Assembly (NCBI GenBank): GCA_965216565.1 | Contig: OZ244170.1 | Location: 480,001 to 544,000, forward strand | Source: Bythopirellula sp. | Lineage (GTDB): Bacteria > Planctomycetota > Planctomycetia > Pirellulales > Lacipirellulaceae | Direction of reading: 5' to 3' | DNA: 64,000 nucleotides | Part shown: piece after piece, positions 19,999 to 29,384 of the stretch | Position numbering within the stretch: position 1 is the first letter of the stretch | How the letters are laid out: each line of letters begins with the position of its first letter | Position numbers and translations under genes: made by a program | The notes under the pieces: generated by a model | Told to the model about the DNA's origin: nothing | The model's input: the letters and a program-made list of their open reading frames with translations, nothing else | Database searches by the model: none

Positions 19999-20772
19999 TC
20001 ACTCCTGGCCATCATCTCTTGTGAATTGAGATGTCGAATCGTGCCGATCGTTGCAATTGTCTATCAGACTAACGATCAATGCAGACAGCGAGAGCAAATC
20101 GCCCCGGTATTCTAGCAATGCCTCAAGATCCAAGAAGCTAGCGAGCCCACGATCATAGCTAGAGGATCGAGATTGATAGAGCCAAACGCGAATATTACGA
20201 TCGACCAGCCGCAGCTTGTCAGCCATGAGCCAACCGCTGTAATCGAGCAATTGGACATTGGCCACGAGTAGTACCGGTCCCTTCTTAACGCACAAGTTTA
20301 ACGCCTCGGTCGCCGACTTGGCACGAATAACACGCACGCCTCCGTTGGCAATGTCAGTTGCTATGCGTGCGAACACCTCGTCGCGATGCTCAACTAGCAG
20401 GACAGTAGGCAACGACACTGATTGGTAAGCATTTTCTTCAAGTGTGGAAGCGTAAGACCCATCCAATCGAGCAGCGTCATTCGGTGCATCAGCTAGTGAA
20501 TGCAGACGCTGACAATGACAATCCGACATGTGTGCCGCACCATTGCCCGTTGTGCGTAGCAACTGCTCCGCTCTGGTCAACAGATCGGTACCGGCGCGAT
20601 TTTTGGCAGCTAACGAGCCATCAACGTTTTCATACACCCTGAAACTACTGCGACAGTGGCCACACACTAACTCGTCGTTGATATATTGTGACCGCATCGT
20701 TATAGGGCGACCGCAAACCGGGCAATCGACCATTACATATGCACTTTGCAGAATCATCCTTCTTTCCTCCAT
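19999..20772 (-). CDS. Protein with an N-terminal Zn ribbon and a degenerate receiver-like domain
   Basis: CPVCG...CGHC; TVLLVEHRD...PVLLVANVQLLDYSGW (receiver-like, phospho-Asp position apparently Asn). Confidence 0.6.
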   Translation of the reverse strand: MEERRMILQSAYVMVDCPVCGRPITMRSQYINDELVCGHCRSSFRVYENVDGSLAAKNRAGTDLLTRAEQLLRTTGNGAAHMSDCHCQRLHSLADAPNDAARLDGSYASTLEENAYQSVSLPTVLLVEHRDEVFARIATDIANGGVRVIRAKSATEALNLCVKKGPVLLVANVQLLDYSGWLMADKLRLVDRNIRVWLYQSRSSSYDRGLASFLDLEALLEYRGDLLSLSALIVSLIDNCNDRHDSTSQFTRDDGQE

Positions 20773-20913
20773 GCCAGCCGCTCACGCGGCGGAGGCAAGA
20801 TGCCATAGGCATCTAGCACGGTAAAAAGTGACGCAGAACCTTGAATATTCAACGCGTCCTAAGAGCACCAATAGCCCGTGGATTGACAATCACAAGCAGG
20901 ATGACAGGAGAGA

Positions 20914-21378
20914 TTAGAGCTGAAAGCGACAAAGTTGGACGCAGCGTTCAGAACCGCCCGTCGTGAAGTTAGCTACTAACTTTTCAAGAGAATGTTGCGG
21001 CGCATTTACGCAATTAGTCGTTGAATCGCTGTGTAACTCAACGACTAGCAGATCGTTCTCCATGGACGGACCGGTCAACGCTGGGTCGACAGCATCAGGT
21101 GCCGGCATTTTGCAGCATCCGCAGGGACATTGGCACGGTCTTGAATTCGAATCTGACGAATTCGAATTACAGCACGACGGCGTTTGGCTGTTTCCGCTGC
21201 TGCACGGACTCCACTCCCGTTGCGAGTGGGAATCCTGCCACAAACCGGCTGCCGCTAGATTTGCACGCGTTTCAGTTACACGGCAGCAGCAGGATGCCAC
21301 CACCGACTGCTGTACTGGCAACAGTAAGATTGCCAGTAGTGCTAGAGTGTTCGAAGTGTGTGAGGTGAACAGGTTCAT
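20914..21378 (-). CDS. Cys-rich protein ending RCVQLCRFQL
   Basis: Signal-like N-terminus, CCC and CQCPCGCC clusters, shared C-terminal motif. Confidence 0.7.
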   Translation of the reverse strand: MNLFTSHTSNTLALLAILLLPVQQSVVASCCCRVTETRANLAAAGLWQDSHSQREWSPCSSGNSQTPSCCNSNSSDSNSRPCQCPCGCCKMPAPDAVDPALTGPSMENDLLVVELHSDSTTNCVNAPQHSLEKLVANFTTGGSERCVQLCRFQL

Positions 21379-21668
21379 GATTGTACAGCCAATTAGCTGG
21401 TGAATTCAATGTTGAGCTACATAAATTAGTTGTCGACTCTTCTACCAGCGAGAATCAAATCATTGTTAGCTTCCAATCAACTACGTGTAACGGCGATGTC
21501 CGGTTCATGTCAAGCACGATTGAGGTAAAAAGAAGTGATTCACCTATGCTTGAATCTTTTTTCAAAAATGAAGTGCGATTCCGCACACTTCATGAAGAAA
21601 TGCGAGCCAGATGACATCTAAACCCGTGTACGGATCAACTTACACATCTGTGAATGAGAGGTTTCCCA

Positions 21669-23045
21669 ATGTCGACAGCGCAAGACGACATTTTTTCAGA
21701 TGCTATCCGACGACTTGATCGTGCCGCAGAGTTCGCTGAAATTGATGGCGAGGCTTTGGAGAAATTGAGGAATCCCAAGTCCATCTTACAGGTCTCCATT
21801 CCTGTGCGCATGGACGATGGTCGTCTACAAGTGTTCCAAGGCTACCGCGTCATGCACGATGATACGCGTGGGCCGACCAAGGGAGGTATCCGGTTCCATC
21901 CGAACGTTGACCTTAGCGAAGTCAAGGCACTGGCGTTCTGGATGACCTGTAAGTGCGCAGTGGTCGGTATTCCTTTTGGTGGCGGCAAGGGGGGCGTTAT
22001 CGTAGATCCGAAACAACTCTCTCGGATGGAGTTGGAACGGCTCAGCCGCAGCTTTATCCAACAGATTGCCGATTTCATTGGTCCTGAAACTGATATCCCC
22101 GCCCCCGACGTTTACACGAATCCCATGGTCATGGGGTGGATGATGGATGAGTATTCGAAACTTCGTCGCCAGCACACACCTGCAGTGATTACGGGAAAAC
22201 CAATTCCGCTGGGCGGTAGTTTAGGCCGTGATGACGCCACGGGGCGTGGAGCGTACTACTGCATAAAAGAATTGGAGAAACTGAAAGGCTGGGAGCCACG
22301 GGAAGTGCGCGTGGCGGTGCAGGGATTCGGCAACGCTGGCCAACACGTCGCCCGGTTGCTGTATCACGATGGATATCGAATCGTTGCAATTAGTGATTCG
22401 CGTGGCGGCATCTTTCGTGGAGAAGGCTTAGATGTACCACGGGCCATTGAATTAAAGAACCAGGGTCTATCCGTAGGGCATGTTTATAGCACGCGATCGG
22501 TTTGTGAATGCCCTGTCTGTGGAGATGATAATTGCAATTGCTCCCAAAATGACAAAGGCACCGGTGATGCCATCAGTAACGACGCGCTCCTAGAGCTGGA
22601 TGTCGAGCTACTTATTCCAGCAGCACTAGAAAACCAAATTACCGCTGAGAATGTGGGACGAATCAACGCTACGGCTATCGTCGAAGTCGCCAATGGCCCT
22701 ACAACGAGCGAAGCAGACCGTACGCTCGCCGGTAAGGGCACACTCGTGGTTCCGGACATTCTCGCTAACGCTGGTGGAGTAACCGTGAGTTACTTCGAGT
22801 GGGTGCAAAACCGATGCGGGTTTTACTGGACTGAAAAGGACGTCCATGCCAGGTTGCAATCGATCGTGGCCAGAGAGTTCAACGCGGTCTACGGTCTGAC
22901 AGCTGAAAAGCAAATCGACATGCGAGCTGCCGCTTACGTGCACGCACTTAATCGTCTCAGCGAAGCTATCGAAGCTCAAGGTACGAGTCAATTCTTCTCC
23001 AATGACGTCGGAAGAGGTATGGCTCAGCGAACGGCAGCATCATGA
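21669..23045 (+). CDS. gdhA: Glu/Leu/Phe/Val dehydrogenase (glutamate dehydrogenase)
   Basis: GPTKGGIRF, FGGGKGG, DIPAPDV, QGFGNAG, PDILANAGGVTVSYFEW. Confidence 0.93.
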   Translation: MSTAQDDIFSDAIRRLDRAAEFAEIDGEALEKLRNPKSILQVSIPVRMDDGRLQVFQGYRVMHDDTRGPTKGGIRFHPNVDLSEVKALAFWMTCKCAVVGIPFGGGKGGVIVDPKQLSRMELERLSRSFIQQIADFIGPETDIPAPDVYTNPMVMGWMMDEYSKLRRQHTPAVITGKPIPLGGSLGRDDATGRGAYYCIKELEKLKGWEPREVRVAVQGFGNAGQHVARLLYHDGYRIVAISDSRGGIFRGEGLDVPRAIELKNQGLSVGHVYSTRSVCECPVCGDDNCNCSQNDKGTGDAISNDALLELDVELLIPAALENQITAENVGRINATAIVEVANGPTTSEADRTLAGKGTLVVPDILANAGGVTVSYFEWVQNRCGFYWTEKDVHARLQSIVAREFNAVYGLTAEKQIDMRAAAYVHALNRLSEAIEAQGTSQFFSNDVGRGMAQRTAAS

Positions 23046-25018
23046 TGGTGATTTCTTGTTTTCAACGAACCAAGATCTTGTTGCCACTGGTGACTTTGTC
23101 ATGGTGCTTCGTCGTTGTGCTCCCCTCCTCAACAACTGCTCAAGTCTCTACCGAAGATCATGCGAAACATCATCCTGGCCAGGATGCGGGTTCGGCAGCG
23201 GCTGATGGCAGTGGAACCAAAGGTGACAATGGTGGAGGCATGATGGGTGGAGCAATGGGTGGCATGATGGACACCATGATGGAGAAGATGGGGGCGCCTA
23301 AGCCCAAAGAGATGTATCCACAGTTGATGGATTTGCCGGACTTGCCGCTTGAAGAGCGTTTTACGATCAAACAAGAAGCACATCAGCGAATGCTGGCTGG
23401 CACGAGTCTCTTGTCTGTCGGGCTCGATCGGTTATCAGCGGGTGCGGCTACAGATGATTTTCAGATGATGCAGGATGCAACGGCCAGGATGCGCGAAGGG
23501 CTATCGCAATTTGAGAGTGGACTGGCCGCGCAGCGAGCAATTGCGGAGGGGAAAGCCCCGCGAAACGTGGCCATGCAATGGTTCAAACGCGAAATGAACC
23601 TTCTGGCTAGTCCCAGCGAGGATTCCGGATTTCGGATTCTTGGGATGACCGTTTTTCATACCAGCATCATGGTGGTTTTGGTTACTTTTGCCGCTGTCAT
23701 GATTTGGATGTACTTTTTTAAGATGCAGCGTGCCGCGGCTCTCATCGAAAAACTTTCCACCGTAAGTTCACCCTCCGAGTCACAATCACCAGTAACGCCA
23801 ACTGTGGTTGAAGAAACCCTTGCACCTGCGGTCCCCTCGGCTCAGAACGCTGATGCAAAGACTGCAGCGATTGACAGTGACTGCTGTGATGAATCTGGAG
23901 TAGCGTGTGCCACCGAAGACGCGATCGGTGATCGCTCTGATATTTCGTCAGGAATATTGCCGGTTGCCAAACGAAAACTCTGCCGACTACGCGTAGCTCG
24001 AATCTATCAAGAGACGCACGACGTAAAAACTTTTCGGCTTGTGGCCTGCCATGGAGGGGCACTTCCTTTTAACTACTTGCCAGGTCAGTTTCTCACTTTA
24101 ACATTGCCAACGAGCGAAAAATCTATTCGTCGCAGCTATACCATCTCATCTTCACCGACCCAGGGCTACTACTGCGAGATCACCGTTAAGCGTGAAGACC
24201 AAGGTGCCGGGTCACGATATCTTCATGATTGTGTCAAGGAAACTGATACGCTGGAAGTTCAAGCTCCTAGTGGAAAATTCACGTTCACTGGCCAGGATTC
24301 GGAAAGTGTCGTGCTGATTGGGGGCGGTGTCGGGATAACACCCATGATGAGCATTACCCGCGCTCTCACCGACATGGCATATCCGGGGCAAATCCATGTT
24401 GTCGTCGCCTGCCGTGATCCTAATCACTTCATTTTCAGTTCCGAATTCAGGAGGCTCCAAGAAGGTAATCCAAATTTGCATGTAGATGTAGCGATGAGCC
24501 GCATTCAGCAGCCCATTGATGGCTGTCATGCCGGCCGCCTTTCAAAAGAATTGCTTTTGGAGTGGATTCCAGACATCTCGTCCAAATTGATTTTTCTCTG
24601 TGGATCTCCTCCGATGATGGACAGTACGAAACAGTTGCTGGGTGAACTTGGTGTGCCAGCAGACAGGATTAACACAGAGAACTTTGGGTCGCTGCAAAAA
24701 CCTCAGTCTATGACAGCGAGGCACAAGAGAGTAACTGAGCCGGCACTGAAAGCGACCGCAGCCACAGTGAACTTTGCGACCTCAGGAAAGTCAACGCAAT
24801 TACTACCAGACGAGACTCTCCTAGAAGCAGCCGAACGAGTCGAAGTCGATATTGATTACTCATGCCGCACGGGTATGTGCGGTGTCTGCGCAGTCAAGCT
24901 GCTTTCAGGAGTAGCGACGATGGATGTCGAGGACGGATTAGAGCCAGGCGACAAAGCAAGTGGAATGGTTCTCGCATGTCAGGCCAAGTCAACAAACGAC
25001 GTCACTGTGGAGGCCTGA
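23042..25018 (+). CDS. Membrane-anchored FAD/NAD-binding oxidoreductase with a C-terminal 2Fe-2S ferredoxin and an exported His/Met-rich N-terminus
   Basis: RSYTISS, GGGVGITPM, LCGSPPM; CRTGMCGVC...LACQ; signal peptide, EDHAKHHP, MMGGAMGGMM, internal TM. Confidence 0.85.
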   Translation: MMVISCFQRTKILLPLVTLSWCFVVVLPSSTTAQVSTEDHAKHHPGQDAGSAAADGSGTKGDNGGGMMGGAMGGMMDTMMEKMGAPKPKEMYPQLMDLPDLPLEERFTIKQEAHQRMLAGTSLLSVGLDRLSAGAATDDFQMMQDATARMREGLSQFESGLAAQRAIAEGKAPRNVAMQWFKREMNLLASPSEDSGFRILGMTVFHTSIMVVLVTFAAVMIWMYFFKMQRAAALIEKLSTVSSPSESQSPVTPTVVEETLAPAVPSAQNADAKTAAIDSDCCDESGVACATEDAIGDRSDISSGILPVAKRKLCRLRVARIYQETHDVKTFRLVACHGGALPFNYLPGQFLTLTLPTSEKSIRRSYTISSSPTQGYYCEITVKREDQGAGSRYLHDCVKETDTLEVQAPSGKFTFTGQDSESVVLIGGGVGITPMMSITRALTDMAYPGQIHVVVACRDPNHFIFSSEFRRLQEGNPNLHVDVAMSRIQQPIDGCHAGRLSKELLLEWIPDISSKLIFLCGSPPMMDSTKQLLGELGVPADRINTENFGSLQKPQSMTARHKRVTEPALKATAATVNFATSGKSTQLLPDETLLEAAERVEVDIDYSCRTGMCGVCAVKLLSGVATMDVEDGLEPGDKASGMVLACQAKSTNDVTVEA

Positions 25019-25019
25019 C

Positions 25020-26660
25020 GTGAAAGAGAAAGAACGTCTTCTCGTCACCGGCCTAGTCGTGTTGATGCTCGTACTTTGGCTAGGCTTTCCCTTCCACCAG
25101 TCGCCACGTTTTGCGGGTAGCCTCTGGGGTGGTGTACTCGGCATAGCGGGTGCGGTGCTGATGCTCGTGCCGCTTGCATACATGGTTGTCAAACGCAGTA
25201 AGCAGCTAAAGAAAACAGTAACGCGATGGGTCTCCATGCGCACATTGCTCGCTTGGCACATATACGCAGGAGTGCTAGGTCCGATTCTGGTAATAGCCCA
25301 CACCGGGCACAAGTACGAGAGTCCATTAGGTGTCGCACTGACATCCATGACGCTATTGGTCGTGGTGAGTGGATTTGTGGGCCGTTACTTGATGAATCAA
25401 TTCGCCCAAGAAATCCGCGAGAAAAGGGCGATGTTGACAACCTTTAAGGCAACCTATCAGCAGGCCGCCAATGAACTGGCAGTTGCACCGGAGCGCGCCA
25501 AAATGTTGCAGCCATTTTCTGGCTTCTTCAGCCGCCTGCTTGCCGGCTTGTTTCTCCGTGGCCGTGCAATGTTTCCGGCCAGCTCCCACTCTGGTGCACC
25601 GAGCCCCACAACATTGCTTCGCGTGTCTGAATCCATCGCCGACGTTGAATATGCCATAAAGACGCACGAGACATTTAAAGTGTGGTTTGGTAAGTGGCTG
25701 AAGTTCCACATCGTGATTTCAATTGTATTGTACATCCTAATGACGCTACACATCTGGGCGGCAGTTCACTTCGGATTGAGGTGGTTTGATTCATGGAACA
25801 CGAGTACATCTTATTTTAGTCGCTCGACGATCCAGATTAGAGAATCGAAAACTAGTCTCACCCCACCCGCTTCGCTGTCGGATGCGAGAAAGTCTGCCGA
25901 AGCAGTCGAGAAGTTTTCCCGTCATTTCAACCAACTCTTCAGGCAACATTGGCATGCCCTGGTAGTCATTCATGGCATAAAAACGACGGCTTTTGACTTT
26001 GCCGGCATTGCCAGTGAGGTTGGCCTGCCGGAGTCGGACTTCTCCCAGGCACTTTTCGCGCTTGAACAAGTTGCCCCAGATCTTCTCGGTGGAGGCAATC
26101 GTGAAAAGGCCTTCTGGATAAACGTCTATAATTTTGGCGCAATGAAACTGGCGGCTGAAAACTATCCGGTGCAGTCGATCACGGATTCCAAAATCAGTAA
26201 CGGTGATCCATGGAGAATTCAAAGCATTCTCGTCGGTAGGAAGCGATATTCGTTACATCAGATTGAGAACGAGATCCTCCTTGGAAAATTCGGTGACCCT
26301 CGTATTGTGTTTGCCGTAAGCTGCGCGGCGGTGAGCTGCCCGGATCGAATGGATAGTATCTTTTTCGCCGAGCAACTCGACGAGCAACTCGACAACATCA
26401 TAAGGAGGTTTCTTGCTAATCCGACGAAAGGGTTGACCATACATCGTCAACGGAAAGTCTTGGAGCTTTCGTGGATCTTAGATGCCGACCGGCGACTATT
26501 TGGCGATGGCAGCGATGACAGTTTATTGGATTTCGTGCAGCGATACACGTCATCTGAAAATCGCAACTGGATTGATGTAAAACGTAGCGAAATCAAAATC
26601 GAGTTCTCTGAACATGACTGGGGTTTGAATGACGTCGCACTAGCTGACCACGACGACTAA
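25020..26660 (+). CDS. Multi-TM His-containing membrane domain fused to a DUF547-like domain
   Basis: GTG start just after the upstream stop; WHIYAG...IAHTGH, KFHIVIS...LHIW; C-terminal AFWINVYN...DPRIVFAVSCAAVSCP (DUF547-like). Confidence 0.75.
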   Translation: MKEKERLLVTGLVVLMLVLWLGFPFHQSPRFAGSLWGGVLGIAGAVLMLVPLAYMVVKRSKQLKKTVTRWVSMRTLLAWHIYAGVLGPILVIAHTGHKYESPLGVALTSMTLLVVVSGFVGRYLMNQFAQEIREKRAMLTTFKATYQQAANELAVAPERAKMLQPFSGFFSRLLAGLFLRGRAMFPASSHSGAPSPTTLLRVSESIADVEYAIKTHETFKVWFGKWLKFHIVISIVLYILMTLHIWAAVHFGLRWFDSWNTSTSYFSRSTIQIRESKTSLTPPASLSDARKSAEAVEKFSRHFNQLFRQHWHALVVIHGIKTTAFDFAGIASEVGLPESDFSQALFALEQVAPDLLGGGNREKAFWINVYNFGAMKLAAENYPVQSITDSKISNGDPWRIQSILVGRKRYSLHQIENEILLGKFGDPRIVFAVSCAAVSCPDRMDSIFFAEQLDEQLDNIIRRFLANPTKGLTIHRQRKVLELSWILDADRRLFGDGSDDSLLDFVQRYTSSENRNWIDVKRSEIKIEFSEHDWGLNDVALADHDD

Positions 26661-27481
26661 TGAAGTGTAAGCCAATGGCAGTAAGCACCGAAAGAAAGCG
26701 GAGATTTCACTCCCAGATCCTATTGGGTGTATGTCCATTGGTTCTTGCAGGGTTGTGGATATTGACACCTGTTGAATCTGCCTTTAAACGACCGGTCACA
26801 TGGCAAAGGATGGCAGAGCCTGGAGCTTTGTCAGCGGCTCACGCACACTTAGAGAATAACTGCGCCGCATGCCATACATCCATCAAGGGCATTGAGACGT
26901 TTAAGTGCGTCGTGTGCCATGCGAATAATGAGTCCATTTTGCAACGGCAACCGACTTCGTTTCATGCCAACATCAGCAGCTGCAAGGAGTGCCATTTGGA
27001 ACATCAGGGTTTTGATGCACATCCGACGAATATGGATCATTCTGCATTAGCAAATATTGGTTTACGCCAACTCGACACTAAGGATGTCGATAGTGAGAAC
27101 CGTATCTTACGCAGAGAGCTCATCGCGTCGATGAAACGACAGGCTGTGCCCCACTCTAGCATTTCAGCCACTGAAGCAACTCTCAACTGTGCCACGTGCC
27201 ACGCTAACGATGATCGACATTTTCAATTATTCGGTCTGGATTGTGCTCAATGTCATGCTACGGATCGATGGAACATCCCCGAGTATCGTCACCCGTCCTC
27301 GAATTCGATGGACTGTGCCCAATGTCATCAAGCACCGCCCAGTCACTACATGATGCATTTTAAGATGATTTCCGCACGCGTAGCTGGCAAGCCGCACGCG
27401 CGTGTTGACCAATGCTTCCTTTGCCATCAGACAACATCCTGGAACGATATTATCGATGCCGGTTGGTACAAGCATCACTAG
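26660..27481 (+). CDS. Multiheme cytochrome c (7 CXXCH motifs)
   Basis: CAACH, CVVCH, CKECH, CATCH, CAQCH, CAQCH, CFLCH; N-terminal membrane anchor; TAATG coupling with the upstream gene. Confidence 0.9.
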   Translation: MKCKPMAVSTERKRRFHSQILLGVCPLVLAGLWILTPVESAFKRPVTWQRMAEPGALSAAHAHLENNCAACHTSIKGIETFKCVVCHANNESILQRQPTSFHANISSCKECHLEHQGFDAHPTNMDHSALANIGLRQLDTKDVDSENRILRRELIASMKRQAVPHSSISATEATLNCATCHANDDRHFQLFGLDCAQCHATDRWNIPEYRHPSSNSMDCAQCHQAPPSHYMMHFKMISARVAGKPHARVDQCFLCHQTTSWNDIIDAGWYKHH

Positions 27482-27542
27482 GTGGCAAAGATTGAGCGAG
27501 CAAACACGCTGGTTCCCAACGCAGTTAATTGAGTCTGAAACT

Positions 27543-28025
27543 TTGAGAAAACTTATATTAGACATTGGAGGTGAAGGTCGCCACCAAGGAGTGTGGAATC
27601 TTAACCCGAGCCGCGTAAAGACGTTAGGATCGGGGCGAGGAAGGCCGATACCACTGCTCATCATAGGCCGTTCTGAAGCTATCCCCCTGTTGGATGACAG
27701 CGTTGATCTTGTGATTGTCGAGCGAACGCCTCTGAGAAGACTCACACTGGAGGAGATAAGGCGAGTAATAGGCCATCTGGGGACGGTTATTCTACGTCAT
27801 GCAGTGTCACCTCGCATTGATCCCCATCGTTTGGCGTCGCAGATATTGTCAGGACGAATGCAACAAGTGACGGTCCAAGTGGGTAATCAGTGGGTTCAGG
27901 AAACAGTTTTTTTTTTTGCGCGATGCAGCTGTATAGGAGCATGCTATTGTGCTGAACAATTCCGGCTGGATTTAAGGGTAAGACTAGTTTGCACCACAGC
28001 TTTTCCAATATTTTGCTCTTGCTGA
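27543..28025 (+). CDS. Hypothetical protein, methyltransferase-like; 3' end possibly frameshifted at a T11 run
   Basis: LILDIGGEG...IPLLDDSVDLV resembles class I SAM-MTase motifs; start and end uncertain. Confidence 0.45.
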   Translation: MRKLILDIGGEGRHQGVWNLNPSRVKTLGSGRGRPIPLLIIGRSEAIPLLDDSVDLVIVERTPLRRLTLEEIRRVIGHLGTVILRHAVSPRIDPHRLASQILSGRMQQVTVQVGNQWVQETVFFFARCSCIGACYCAEQFRLDLRVRLVCTTAFPIFCSC

Positions 28026-29335
28026 CACTGATAATTGTGGCAGCTATGTTTGCACGCCGCGTTTCGGATCGTTATGGACAGCCGGCTGTATTGGGTGAAT
28101 TGCTGCTGGGAATAGTGTTGGGTAACGTGGGCTATTGGCTTGGCCATCCACTATTTGTACTAGTCATGCACGCGGGGAGTGTCGAGACGCTGTACCAGCA
28201 GGTTTGGGGGAAATCCAGAGCCATAAACTCTGCAGGTGATGAGTCAATCGGTTATGCAATACAAGAGTTTCCTGAAGAATTAGCAGAAGTCATATCCAGT
28301 CCTCTAGCACCAGACTACGTGACAGCAGTACTTTCTCTCGCAGTCATTGCGCATCTCGGCGTGTTAGTACTACTTTTTGTGGCCGGTTTGGAATCTGAAG
28401 TTCGTAGAATGTTCCGAGTTTGGCGCTCAGCGTCCTTAGTCGCTCTGGTTGGGATGGCAGCACCTTTCGCTTTGGGATTTTCGATCTGCTATCTGTTGCA
28501 CCCAAGCATGACTATGACAGGACATCTATTCTTAGCCGCAACTCTTGCGGCCACGAGTGTAGGTATAACGGCACGAGTGTTCGCAGATCTAAAGCAACTG
28601 CATACTTCGGAGGCAGATGTCATTCTCGGAGCAGCGGTAATTGATGATATCCTGGGATTGGTGTTACTAGCGGTTGTCGTTGGAATTGCATCGACCGGTT
28701 CAATAGACCCACTAGCTATCGGCAAGACGGTTCTTATCGCGGGAATGTTCCTTGGCCTCATTTTGACTCTTGGAGAATATGCGACAACGTGGGGCGCTAA
28801 AGTTGCTATAAGGCTTGACTACCAACACAGCACGCTATTTTTTCCATTAGGGATGATGTTTTCAACTGCATGGTTCGCTGATGCTATCCAGTTGGCTCCG
28901 ATAGTGGGCGCTTTCGCGGCTGGGCTTATCATCAAGGAGAGTCAATTTCCTTCTGATTCGAAGGTGCCAACGATCGCCCATCAATTCGCCCCTATTGAAC
29001 AATTTCTCGCTCCTGTGTTTTTCCTGTTCGTTGGAATGCAAGTCAATATCGGTTATTTCTTCAATTGGTCAACGCTATTACTTGCGCTGACATTCACTAT
29101 TTCCGCAATCATCGGCAAGTTGGTCGCTGGCTTGGTAGCCAACCATGAACTGGACCGTTTGACGATAGGACTAGGTATGGTTCCGCGTGGCGAAGTCGGT
29201 CTGATATTCATCAGCGTCGGTCGCGGTTTGGGTATAGTTAGCGACTCTTTGTTTTCGGCACTAGTTGTGGTGGTCATAGTTACAACCCTAATAACTCCTC
29301 CGGCATTAAAATGGTCGTTGTCGAGAAATTCCTGA
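27989..29335 (+). CDS. Cation:proton antiporter (CPA2 family)
   Basis: LGELLLG, LLFVAGLE, ATSVGITARV, GAAVIDDILG, GMVPRGEVGLI. Confidence 0.9.
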   Translation: MHHSFSNILLLLTLIIVAAMFARRVSDRYGQPAVLGELLLGIVLGNVGYWLGHPLFVLVMHAGSVETLYQQVWGKSRAINSAGDESIGYAIQEFPEELAEVISSPLAPDYVTAVLSLAVIAHLGVLVLLFVAGLESEVRRMFRVWRSASLVALVGMAAPFALGFSICYLLHPSMTMTGHLFLAATLAATSVGITARVFADLKQLHTSEADVILGAAVIDDILGLVLLAVVVGIASTGSIDPLAIGKTVLIAGMFLGLILTLGEYATTWGAKVAIRLDYQHSTLFFPLGMMFSTAWFADAIQLAPIVGAFAAGLIIKESQFPSDSKVPTIAHQFAPIEQFLAPVFFLFVGMQVNIGYFFNWSTLLLALTFTISAIIGKLVAGLVANHELDRLTIGLGMVPRGEVGLIFISVGRGLGIVSDSLFSALVVVVIVTTLITPPALKWSLSRNS

Positions 29336-29384
29336 AATTCGAGTGCAGAGCCAACATGATAGGGTGGGCTGGAGATATGCTCCT

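Noticed and set aside
24960..25019. Track start of the 566-aa ORF
   Set aside because: Overlaps the reductase 3' end; GTG at 25020, just after the stop, is more plausible
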